This document shows positions 38,070-46,067 of a stretch of 64,000 bases of DNA, piece after piece. The translations under genes and the position numbers were made by a program. Position 1 is the stretch's first letter, and the number at the start of each line of letters is the position of its first letter. This DNA comes from Bdellovibrionales bacterium (lineage in GTDB: Bacteria; Bdellovibrionota; Bdellovibrionia; Bdellovibrionales; JAGQZY01). The notes under the pieces were generated by a model. It was not told where the DNA came from. It saw only the letters and a program-made list of their open reading frames with translations, and ran no database searches. The stretch is taken from positions 192,001 to 256,000 of the forward strand of contig CAXRHT010000002.1 in the NCBI GenBank assembly GCA_964230645.1. The letters are read 5' to 3'.

Positions 38070-38098
38070 TTGACTTACTTACATATAACTTACATATT
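38070..38098 (+). promoter_or_regulatory. sigma70-like promoter overlapped by direct-repeat operator (ACTTACATAT x2, 11-bp period)
   Basis: TTGACT at 38070-38075; repeats at 38077-38086 and 38088-38097; near-identical inverted copy at 63107-63129. Confidence 0.7.
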
Positions 38099-38124
38099 TA
38101 AAGTCTTAAGAGGGGAACAGGTCT

Positions 38125-38766
38125 TTGATGAATCCAGCCGCTTTGTTTTTAAAAGAAGAGGACAGAAGAAAGCTTTGTCTGCTTGAGGATAAAAAAGAAC
38201 TCAATGCAAAAGAGCTTGAGAGCCCGCAAACCCCTTTGGCTTCTTTGAATGCTTTCCTAAAAGCACAGAGCTTTAAACACCAGCTCAGTGAGTGGGGTAC
38301 ACCCCATGGGAGTTTTTCAAAGCTCTTACCAAGCCTAATCGCTGCAAGCTTACAAAAAGAAGTTCTATGGCTGAGTGACCAGCAGGACTCGCTTATCTAC
38401 CCGCAAGCCTGGCGGGAGTTGCACTTTGATTTGAATCAAATTTATTTTTTAAGAGAAAAACGTGTTTTACGCAGTCTTCGCACCTTAATTCGTGAAGAGA
38501 GCTTTTCTTTTATTATGATCGACTCTCATCACTTCTTTTCAAAATCGGACCTTCACTTTTTGTCGCAATCTGCCCGCTCACAAAGAATGACTCTTTTTCT
38601 TTTTCGTCCTTATTTTCTAAGTGCCAAAAAAGGCAATCCCTTTTGTCGATTGCGTCTGAATAGCTCTTATGAGCTATCCAGCCAAAAGTTTCATTTATCT
38701 TTTATTAAAGGCGGGGAGAGAAAACGACATTTTAAAGCAAGCTTTGGTGAGGTTTTTAGTGGCTAA
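38125..38766 (+). CDS. imuA: ImuA-like protein
   Basis: First gene of the cassette; LSEW, VLWL..IYPQAW...LNQIYF, FIMID and RLRL resemble a degenerate RecA/SulA-type fold. Confidence 0.65.
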   Translation: MMNPAALFLKEEDRRKLCLLEDKKELNAKELESPQTPLASLNAFLKAQSFKHQLSEWGTPHGSFSKLLPSLIAASLQKEVLWLSDQQDSLIYPQAWRELHFDLNQIYFLREKRVLRSLRTLIREESFSFIMIDSHHFFSKSDLHFLSQSARSQRMTLFLFRPYFLSAKKGNPFCRLRLNSSYELSSQKFHLSFIKGGERKRHFKASFGEVFSG

Positions 38767-40228
38767 GCTTCTCTCCCTTTTTAATTACGAAAAATCAAAA
38801 GAGGTTTTTCTTCCTTATCTGATCTTCTCAAGCTCTCAAAAAAAGAACCTCGACTTTCTCTCACCAAGCCTTATGAGAATCAGTGAAGACCTTTTTGTGA
38901 TCGATCTACAAATCACCCAAAGCTATTGGGAGAAACGAGCCAAAAAAGAGAGCAAAGAGCCCCAAGAACTCATTGAAGAAGTGTTTCAGTCTTATTTGCC
39001 TGAAAGTCCAATTCAACTCTTTTGCGAGCATCCTTTTCAAGGTCTTGTTTTTTTTCTTTATCTTAAAGAGCAAAACTCCAAAGGTTTTTTTAGCACTCAC
39101 TCCCTTTTTGCCCGTAAAATTTATGACAATATGGGTTGGCACTCTTGGATCTGGGCGGCTCGCCTGATCAATGACTGTTTTGAAGACAATAACTCCCTTG
39201 TTAAAGATAGAAAAAACTTCTCGTCTCAACTAAGACGTTTTTTAAGCTTTATTGAACGCACCGACCTCACTGAATTTTCCGACCTTAAACAGGCTCACTT
39301 TCACGAGATCCAGCGCCGCTTCCAAGGTTTTCTTGGGAAACTTTGGCTATGGAGCTTCCCGCAAGCCGAAGAAAGCGAAGACCTCAGCCTTTTTTCCCAC
39401 TACGAAAAACTAAAAGGCTTTGCTTGGATTCCCTATGAAAACAGTCCTAAACCACAGACTAAGACCTGGCTTGAGTACCCCTTGTCTTACTGGGAGGAGA
39501 TTAAACCTCTTTTGCTTTGTGATTTTGAAAAGCTAAGTCAGAAAAAAGAGCTACAAAGTCCCTATAAGCTTTTAAACATTGAATGGAGCTTTACTCTTTA
39601 TGATCTCAGTCAGCTTAAACAAAGTATTCCTTTCAAACATCCTCTTTGCCTCAGTTTAGAAAGGAAAAAGGATTTTGCCACTCTTACAGGTCAGTTCTCC
39701 TTTGCCTTTGAACAATTCAAAGAAACACTCAAAGAGAAAAATCATGATCTTGACGTTATTAACACCCCTCTTATTCTGGGATGGACTCTTAAGGTTTCTC
39801 AAAGGGTGCAAATTCGCGAGAAAAATCAGAATTTTATCTTTGAAAGTAATAGTGAAGTCCAGAGTAGTGCTGAGGAGCTAAAAGAGCTTAATAACAAATT
39901 ACAAAAGCCCCTTGAGTCTTATGTCGCTTTAGAGCACTTTATCCCCGGTCTTGATTTTATCTCTCAAGACCTCCACGAGAATGACAATCCTCTTTTTAAT
40001 GAAAAGCTTTTAATGCCAAAGCCTTTTTACCTATTTCCAAAGGAAAGAAAACTTTCGGCCTCTGAAATTGTCAGTTCGCAATTTCTTGATCGCAGCAGTC
40101 AAGACTGGTGGAACAGGGAAGAGACTTTGGATTCTGTGCGCGACTGCTTCATTTGCCAATTAAAAAATAAAGAGCTTGTCTTTGCTTTTCGCAATTTTCA
40201 AGGAGAGTGGTTCCAGTATGGCTACTAG
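38759..40228 (+). CDS. imuB: Divergent ImuB-like protein
   Basis: Lies between imuA and dnaE2; IQRRF; C-terminal DRSSQDWW...RDCF...FAFRN..GEWFQYG matches the ImuB C-terminal signature. GTG start at 38759. Confidence 0.7.
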   Translation: MAKLLSLFNYEKSKEVFLPYLIFSSSQKKNLDFLSPSLMRISEDLFVIDLQITQSYWEKRAKKESKEPQELIEEVFQSYLPESPIQLFCEHPFQGLVFFLYLKEQNSKGFFSTHSLFARKIYDNMGWHSWIWAARLINDCFEDNNSLVKDRKNFSSQLRRFLSFIERTDLTEFSDLKQAHFHEIQRRFQGFLGKLWLWSFPQAEESEDLSLFSHYEKLKGFAWIPYENSPKPQTKTWLEYPLSYWEEIKPLLLCDFEKLSQKKELQSPYKLLNIEWSFTLYDLSQLKQSIPFKHPLCLSLERKKDFATLTGQFSFAFEQFKETLKEKNHDLDVINTPLILGWTLKVSQRVQIREKNQNFIFESNSEVQSSAEELKELNNKLQKPLESYVALEHFIPGLDFISQDLHENDNPLFNEKLLMPKPFYLFPKERKLSASEIVSSQFLDRSSQDWWNREETLDSVRDCFICQLKNKELVFAFRNFQGEWFQYGY

Positions 40229-43200
40229 CCAAGATTTTGAAATTCATGAGTGGCTCACTAAGAGCAACTTTAGCTTTCTTATGAGCTCAGCTCATCCTCA
40301 TCAACTTATTCAGATGGCTTTGGGCTGTGGCTATAGCTCTTTATGCCTTAATGACTTTGATGGCCTTTATGGTAGCGCTCGTCTTTATAACGAGAAAAAA
40401 AGTATCTTTGAAAAAACGGGAAAAAGTATCAAGCTGAATTATGGCGCAGAGATCCACCTTCTTAGTGATCACGACAGTCCCTTATTAAAGCAGAAAACTC
40501 TTGTGTTAAATGTCTTTAATAAAAAAGGCTACACTAATTTATGTAAGCTTTTAAGTCTTTCCCATAAAGACTCAAAAACCAAGGCCTTTATTTCCTTTGA
40601 AACACTTCTTACACAAGATCTCTCTGGTCTTTTTGCCATTGTACCCATGAGAGGAGGATTTGATTTTTTCTTAAACAACGAAGAAAAGCTTAAAAAATTA
40701 AAAGAAAAGATGACGGGTGAAGTCTATTTGGCTTTAACTAAAAGTTTTCATCACTCCAGTGATCATCTTATTAAAAAGACTCTTGAGCTTTCTCAAAAAG
40801 TCGAAATTTCGCCTCTCTTTTCCCAAGATATTTTTATGAACCATCGCTCAGAAAAAGCTTTCCACGACCTACTTACAGCCATTCGAGTGAATCAAAGAGT
40901 GGATGAGTGTTTAGAACATCACCTCCCTAATGGAGAACGTTCCTTTCACTCCGCCCAACACTTTTATGAAATCTATCGACACTTCCCAAACTTCAAGAAA
41001 GTTTTCTTTCAGATGAAAGAGCTCAATGAAAAAGCTCAGTTCTGTCTTTCTTCTTTGCGCTACCATTATCCAAAAGAGTTTATCCCTGAGGGTCATTCGG
41101 CTCAGTCCTTTTTAGAGCTTAAGGCTTGGGAGGGAGCGCGTAAGCGCTACGGTGAGCATATCCCTACACCTGTTGTCACCACCATCAGTCGGGAGCTTGA
41201 TTTGATCGAAGATCTCGACTTTGCCGACTACTTTTTAACCGTTTGGGATATCGTGGCCTGGGCGAGAAGCCAAGACATTCTCTGCCAAGGAAGAGGCTCG
41301 GCCGCTAATTCATCTGTTTGTTATGCTCTCGGGATCACCTCTTGTGACCCCAGTCTCTTTGATCTTTTGTTTGAGCGCTTTGTAAGTAAGGAAAGAGGAG
41401 ATCCTCCGGATATTGATGTCGACTTTGAGCATGAGAGAAGAGAAGAGGTCATTCAGTACATTTACCGACGCTACGGCCGCAAGAAAGCCGCTATGGTGGC
41501 TAACGTTATTAGCTTTAAAAGTAAGGGCGCTTTACGAGCCGTGGGTAAGGCTTTAGGCGCCCCTGAGCCTTTATTAAAAAAGGCCTCTGATCTGTGCCGA
41601 ACGGTGGCCTTTAGAAAAGAAAGTCTTAACACTGTTATTAGTGAGGTGAAAAAGGGGAGTGAAGTCTCTCAAGCTTTTCCTTCTTTTTGGAAGTTTTGGT
41701 CCGAGTTCTCCGAAAAAATTCATGGCTTCCCTAGGCACTTGGGGCTACACTCAGGCGGCTTTATAATCTCTCAAAACCCGATTGATGAATTGGTACCAAG
41801 GGAGCCTGCCACCATGGAGGGCAGAACCGTTATTCAGTGGTGCAAAGATGATATTGAAGAACTGGGCTTTTTTAAAATTGATTGCTTAGCTCTTGGAATG
41901 CTTACAGCTTTGAGAAAAGCTTTTAAGTTGGTAAAAGATCACTATCAAGTCGACCTTGATCTTTACAACTTACCGCAAGAAGACAAGGCCACCTACCAGA
42001 TGATTCAAAAAGCCGACACCGTCGGTGTTTTTCAGATTGAATCACGGGCCCAAATGTCCATGCTTCCAAGGTTAAAGCCAAAAACTTTTTACGATTTGGT
42101 GATTGAAATCGCTATTATTCGGCCCGGTCCCATCCAAGGAAATGTCATTCATCCTTATTTAAAAAGAAGGGATGGCCTGGAGCCGATCACCTATCCTGAT
42201 GAAAGAATCAAAGATGTGCTGGCAAAAACTCTTGGGGTGATTCTTTTCCAAGAACAACTGATGAGAATAGCGATTGCATTGGGTGATTTTACCGCAGGCG
42301 AAGCCAATGAGCTGAGAAAACATATTGGTTCATGGAACTCCAAGGCTTTTAATAGAAACCTTAACCCCTATATTAATAAACTCTTTAGCGGCTTAAAAAA
42401 GAGAAACATCAATCCTAGTTTTATTAAACAGATGGTAGAGCAAATGAAAGGCTTTGCCGAATATGGTTTCCCTGAGTCCCATGCCATTTCTTTTGCTTTT
42501 ATTGCCTATGCCTCTTGTTATTTAAAGTGTCACTATCCTGCGGCCTTTTTCACTTCCGTGCTTAACTCCCAGCCCATGGGCTTTTACTCACCCCACGCTC
42601 TCTTGCAAGCGGCTAAGAGAAAAAACATTTCTATCTTACCTATTTGTGTGAATCATTCCACTTGGGATCACCAGCTTGAAGCCCTTCCCGGTAAAGAGGG
42701 GAGGCCCACCCAGTACGGTATTCGTTTAGGCTTTAGTTTGGTCTCAGGGCTTTCTAAAAAAGCTGTGGAAGCTCTTGTTAGAGTCAGAGAGGCTGAGGGT
42801 CCCTGGAAGGAGTTAAATGATTTTATCCATAGCACTCCCATTTACCGAGACGATTATTCAAGCCTTGCCGCGGCTAATGCTTTTGCTTGCTTTGGCTTAA
42901 GCCGCTTTGATGCTCTCTGGAAAGTGGAAGCCGTTCCCTATAAAGAGCTAGTGGATGTCGAGGAGCGTAAACTACAGTGGAAAAGTAAAAATAGCTTTGA
43001 AAAAGCCCAACTTGATTTCCGTGCCACGGGCACAAGTCTTGAAACTCATCCTGTACAGGTGATTCGCAAGTCTTATTGGTCTTATGAGATTGCGAGTCGT
43101 CATATTTCATTATCCTCAGAGCTTGAAAAAATGCGTACCAATGCTCATGTCCATGCCTTCGGCATGACACTCATAAAGCAAGCTCCTCCCTCGGCTAAGG

Positions 43201-43472
43201 GAATGGTTTTTATCACTCTTGAAGATGAAAAAGGTTTTATCAATCTAGCTTTTGATCCCAAAACTTATCGAAAGTTCCACCAACTCATTGAAGGCCATGG
43301 TTTTCTTTGCATTAGTGGGAAGCTACAAAAAGCCTCCAACTACCATTCTATTCTCGTGGAAAGAGTGCATCCGGAAAGACGCACTGACATTAAAGAGCTT
43401 CCTTTAGAAAAGTCGAAAGAACATCAACAGCAAGGTCTTAAGTTAAAACTTAAGCCTCGTAACTATTTTTAG
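40218..43472 (+). CDS. dnaE2: Error-prone DNA polymerase DnaE2 (ImuC)
   Basis: SNFSFL, QGRGSAANS, LLFERF..ERGDPPDIDVDFEHERREEVIQY, PRHLGLHSGG, GVFQIESRAQM, YGFPESHA, LNSQPMGFY; C-terminal PRNYF (cf. SRDFH). ATG at 40218. Confidence 0.95.
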   Translation: MATSQDFEIHEWLTKSNFSFLMSSAHPHQLIQMALGCGYSSLCLNDFDGLYGSARLYNEKKSIFEKTGKSIKLNYGAEIHLLSDHDSPLLKQKTLVLNVFNKKGYTNLCKLLSLSHKDSKTKAFISFETLLTQDLSGLFAIVPMRGGFDFFLNNEEKLKKLKEKMTGEVYLALTKSFHHSSDHLIKKTLELSQKVEISPLFSQDIFMNHRSEKAFHDLLTAIRVNQRVDECLEHHLPNGERSFHSAQHFYEIYRHFPNFKKVFFQMKELNEKAQFCLSSLRYHYPKEFIPEGHSAQSFLELKAWEGARKRYGEHIPTPVVTTISRELDLIEDLDFADYFLTVWDIVAWARSQDILCQGRGSAANSSVCYALGITSCDPSLFDLLFERFVSKERGDPPDIDVDFEHERREEVIQYIYRRYGRKKAAMVANVISFKSKGALRAVGKALGAPEPLLKKASDLCRTVAFRKESLNTVISEVKKGSEVSQAFPSFWKFWSEFSEKIHGFPRHLGLHSGGFIISQNPIDELVPREPATMEGRTVIQWCKDDIEELGFFKIDCLALGMLTALRKAFKLVKDHYQVDLDLYNLPQEDKATYQMIQKADTVGVFQIESRAQMSMLPRLKPKTFYDLVIEIAIIRPGPIQGNVIHPYLKRRDGLEPITYPDERIKDVLAKTLGVILFQEQLMRIAIALGDFTAGEANELRKHIGSWNSKAFNRNLNPYINKLFSGLKKRNINPSFIKQMVEQMKGFAEYGFPESHAISFAFIAYASCYLKCHYPAAFFTSVLNSQPMGFYSPHALLQAAKRKNISILPICVNHSTWDHQLEALPGKEGRPTQYGIRLGFSLVSGLSKKAVEALVRVREAEGPWKELNDFIHSTPIYRDDYSSLAAANAFACFGLSRFDALWKVEAVPYKELVDVEERKLQWKSKNSFEKAQLDFRATGTSLETHPVQVIRKSYWSYEIASRHISLSSELEKMRTNAHVHAFGMTLIKQAPPSAKGMVFITLEDEKGFINLAFDPKTYRKFHQLIEGHGFLCISGKLQKASNYHSILVERVHPERRTDIKELPLEKSKEHQQQGLKLKLKPRNYF

Positions 43473-43474
43473 AT

Positions 43475-43782
43475 TGTCATTCTGAGTGTATTGTCACTAA
43501 AGCATCTTTGTCATTCTGAGCGCAGCGAAGAATCTAACACCACTAAGTTCGCGTACTATTGAAAGTCCTCAGCAATAGGTCCTTCACTTTGCTTAGGACG
43601 ACAATGGGGAGTATTTGTAATTCTATCCTGATGTCGTTCGAAACAACTTGTCATTCTGAGCGTAGCGAAGAATCTTTCGCTACTAAGTTCGCATTTTCAA
43701 TCATAGTCTTCGGTAAAAGGTCCTTCGCTACGCTCAGGACGACAGTGTCGCTTTGCTCGGGACGACAATTTGCTAGGACGAC
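43475..43782. repeat. REP-like cluster B (two ~95-bp REP doublets plus half-sites)
   Basis: TGTCATTCTGAGCGYAGCGAAGAATCT...AGGTCCTTCGCTACGCTCAGGACGACA units at 43509-43603 and 43649-43744. Confidence 0.9.
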
Positions 43783-43797
43783 GATATAAAGTTACGA

Positions 43798-43962
43798 TTA
43801 AACCTTGCCTCTTCGGTCCAAGCGGTAGCGTTGGATGATTCTTTTCCACGCCTTATCCGTCGCTGAAGCTTTGGTGTCGCCCTCGTGCATATAAGTGTGA
43901 ATAAGGATTTCGGCCAATCGTTTTTGATTTTCGGTAAATTCAATGGTGTCGGATAGTTTCAT
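43798..43962 (-). CDS. 54-aa small protein
   Basis: AGGGAGGG SD before ATG 43962; FTENQKRLAE...ATDKAW resembles a widespread YTDKQKRQAEHI...ERRAWAT small-protein family (from memory). Confidence 0.55.
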   Translation of the reverse strand: MKLSDTIEFTENQKRLAEILIHTYMHEGDTKASATDKAWKRIIQRYRLDRRGKV

Positions 43963-44116
43963 TATACCCTCCCTGGAAAAGTAGTATGCCAAAAGCCCAA
44001 TCCAAAGAAATGGTGAATATGCGAATATTTTTTGCAAGATTTTTCACATTTCGCCCCGTCCCAGCCTTTAGAGAAGCTATCAATTCTGCTCTGCCTCCCT
44101 TAATCTCTAGGGAATC

Positions 44117-45172
44117 ATGAAATGGCTTTTTTCAAAATTAGAGCTGGGAATCAATTTTCTCATCAAAAGAATCCGCACGCTTATGGGCCAAAGGGGCTCT
44201 CATGTGGTGGTGCCTTACACCGGGTACGCCAACCTTAAGCAAGTTCACCTAATGGGTCGGGTGGTCGAAGAGTTTCATCCTCATGATTTCACCAAAGATT
44301 TTAAACGAATCCAGCACTTCTACCAGGTGGTAAAGCTCTTCCTCACCTTCAAGGTTCCCCATAAAACCGTTTATATTAAAATTAACGAAGAACTCTTTGA
44401 GGCCAAAACCAATCATCAGGGTTATTTCTATAAAACAGTCACCTTAAAAACACCTCTTGACCTCAACCCTAAAGAAGAGGGACGCCACCGAGTCTACTAC
44501 TCGCTTGAGCCATTTTCGAGTGAGCCTAAGCGGGTCTGGCCGGGACGCTACAGTCTTCCTGAAGAAGATACCAAACTCTTGGTTGTCAGTGATGTGGACG
44601 ACACCATTATAAAAAGCCGCGCCACTAGCTTTTTACAAATTGCACTCAGAACACTTTTCTTTCCGGTCGATAAAAGAAAGACCTTCGATGAGGCCAGTCA
44701 GTTTTATAATGAATTACAGCAGGGGCATTATACAGGGCTTAAAGGCCTTTTCTTCTACGTTTCAAGTAGTACATGGAACATCTATCCTGTTTTATCCGGT
44801 TTTTTAGAGCACAATCAATTCCCTGAAGGCTCCCTTATTCTTAATGACAACCAAACCAAATCCCAAGTGGAAGGCTCAGAGCTCAAACATCAACACAAAA
44901 AAGATCGCATCGAAGAAATCATGAGCCTTTATCCAAACCTTAAAGTTCTCCTTATTGGAGACGCCGGCCAAGAGGACCCCAAACTCTATTTATCTTTAGC
45001 TAAAAAACATGGGAACCGCGTCTTTGCTATTTTAATTCGCGAGTCCTGGTGGCACTCCAAGTTCTCCTTGGATGAGAGTTTCCGTTTAAAGGCTAAAAAG
45101 ATGAATGTTCCTTTTTATAGTTTTCAGAGTCTGACCGAGCTTGAAGATGAACTCTCACTAGCCCGCCCTTAA
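44117..45172 (+). CDS. App1-family (DUF2183) HAD-type phosphatase
   Basis: VVSDVDDTII (DxDxT), FYVSSSTWNIY, LIGDAGQEDPKLY. Confidence 0.85.
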   Translation: MKWLFSKLELGINFLIKRIRTLMGQRGSHVVVPYTGYANLKQVHLMGRVVEEFHPHDFTKDFKRIQHFYQVVKLFLTFKVPHKTVYIKINEELFEAKTNHQGYFYKTVTLKTPLDLNPKEEGRHRVYYSLEPFSSEPKRVWPGRYSLPEEDTKLLVVSDVDDTIIKSRATSFLQIALRTLFFPVDKRKTFDEASQFYNELQQGHYTGLKGLFFYVSSSTWNIYPVLSGFLEHNQFPEGSLILNDNQTKSQVEGSELKHQHKKDRIEEIMSLYPNLKVLLIGDAGQEDPKLYLSLAKKHGNRVFAILIRESWWHSKFSLDESFRLKAKKMNVPFYSFQSLTELEDELSLARP

Positions 45173-45618
45173 CGTAAAGAACTATTAAAAGCCTTGTCGG
45201 TGATCCAAAGGGGGCCGATCAACAAAAATGTTAGATCTTCAAAAAAAGAGGGTTTAGCCGCTTCATATTTGTGACCAATAAACTGTAAAAGCCACGAACC
45301 CAAAAAGATACCAATCTGTGTATAGAGTTGGGTATAGGGATCAGGATAATAACGAAAGCTAAAGACCATAATTAAACTAATGAGAACGAGTACGATGCCT
45401 AGGTTTAAATTGAGCCTCAGATAGAAAAAACCACAAAGAGCCACTAAAAGGTAGGCCAAAGAAAAAGGAAGATTTAAAAAGGGTTCTTTAGAAAACACAT
45501 CAAATAAACCCAAAGTAGAATAGGTAATTAGGGGAACACAAAAATAATGAATCCATTTATTGCCCGGGTGTTGGTGGTTGTGGGCGTATTCCGATAACCA
45601 CTGATCAAGGTTTTTCAT
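45169..45618 (-). CDS. DUF962/Mpo1-like membrane protein
   Basis: YAHNHQHPGNKWIHYFCVP, QFIGHKYEAAKPSFFED, LLIGPLW. Confidence 0.88.
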   Translation of the reverse strand: MKNLDQWLSEYAHNHQHPGNKWIHYFCVPLITYSTLGLFDVFSKEPFLNLPFSLAYLLVALCGFFYLRLNLNLGIVLVLISLIMVFSFRYYPDPYTQLYTQIGIFLGSWLLQFIGHKYEAAKPSFFEDLTFLLIGPLWITDKAFNSSLR

Positions 45619-45750
45619 ATTTTATCTATTCCACAAAGGCATTTTAGACACAAGCAAAACACAAGCTTTGCGAAAACTTGACCATTTTTTGGTTTCAGAC
45701 CGTGAAATTTTGACTTTGTAGGGGAGGGGAGGATAGCCATTGCCCCATAA

Positions 45751-46052
45751 TGTCGTCCAAAGCGTAGTCCACTGTCATCCAGGGCTTAGCTCCACTGTCG
45801 TCTAAAGAGTAGTGACACTGTCGTCCTGAGCGTAGCGAAGGACCTTTACCGAGGACTACGTTTTAAAACGCAAACTTAGTGGCGATAGATTCTTCGCTAC
45901 GCTTAGAATGACAGTAGGCTCAGAATGACATTTCACTCTACATTGTCGTCCTGAGCGCAGCGAAGGACCTTTGCCGAGAACTACGTTTTAAGACGCAAAC
46001 TTGGTGGCAATAGATTCTTCGCTACGCTCAGAATGACAGTAGAATCAGAATG
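45751..46052. repeat. REP-like cluster C (two ~95-bp doublets, inverted relative to cluster B)
   Basis: Units at 45819-45913 and 45944-46038; degenerate TGTCRTC half-sites at 45751, 45773 and 45796. Confidence 0.9.
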
Positions 46053-46067
46053 AAAGTTCACTCAGCC

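Noticed and set aside
38669..38766. Long imuA/imuB and imuB/dnaE2 overlaps as frameshifts
   Set aside because: Downstream starts (GTG 38759, ATG 40218) reduce them to ordinary 8-11-bp overlaps.
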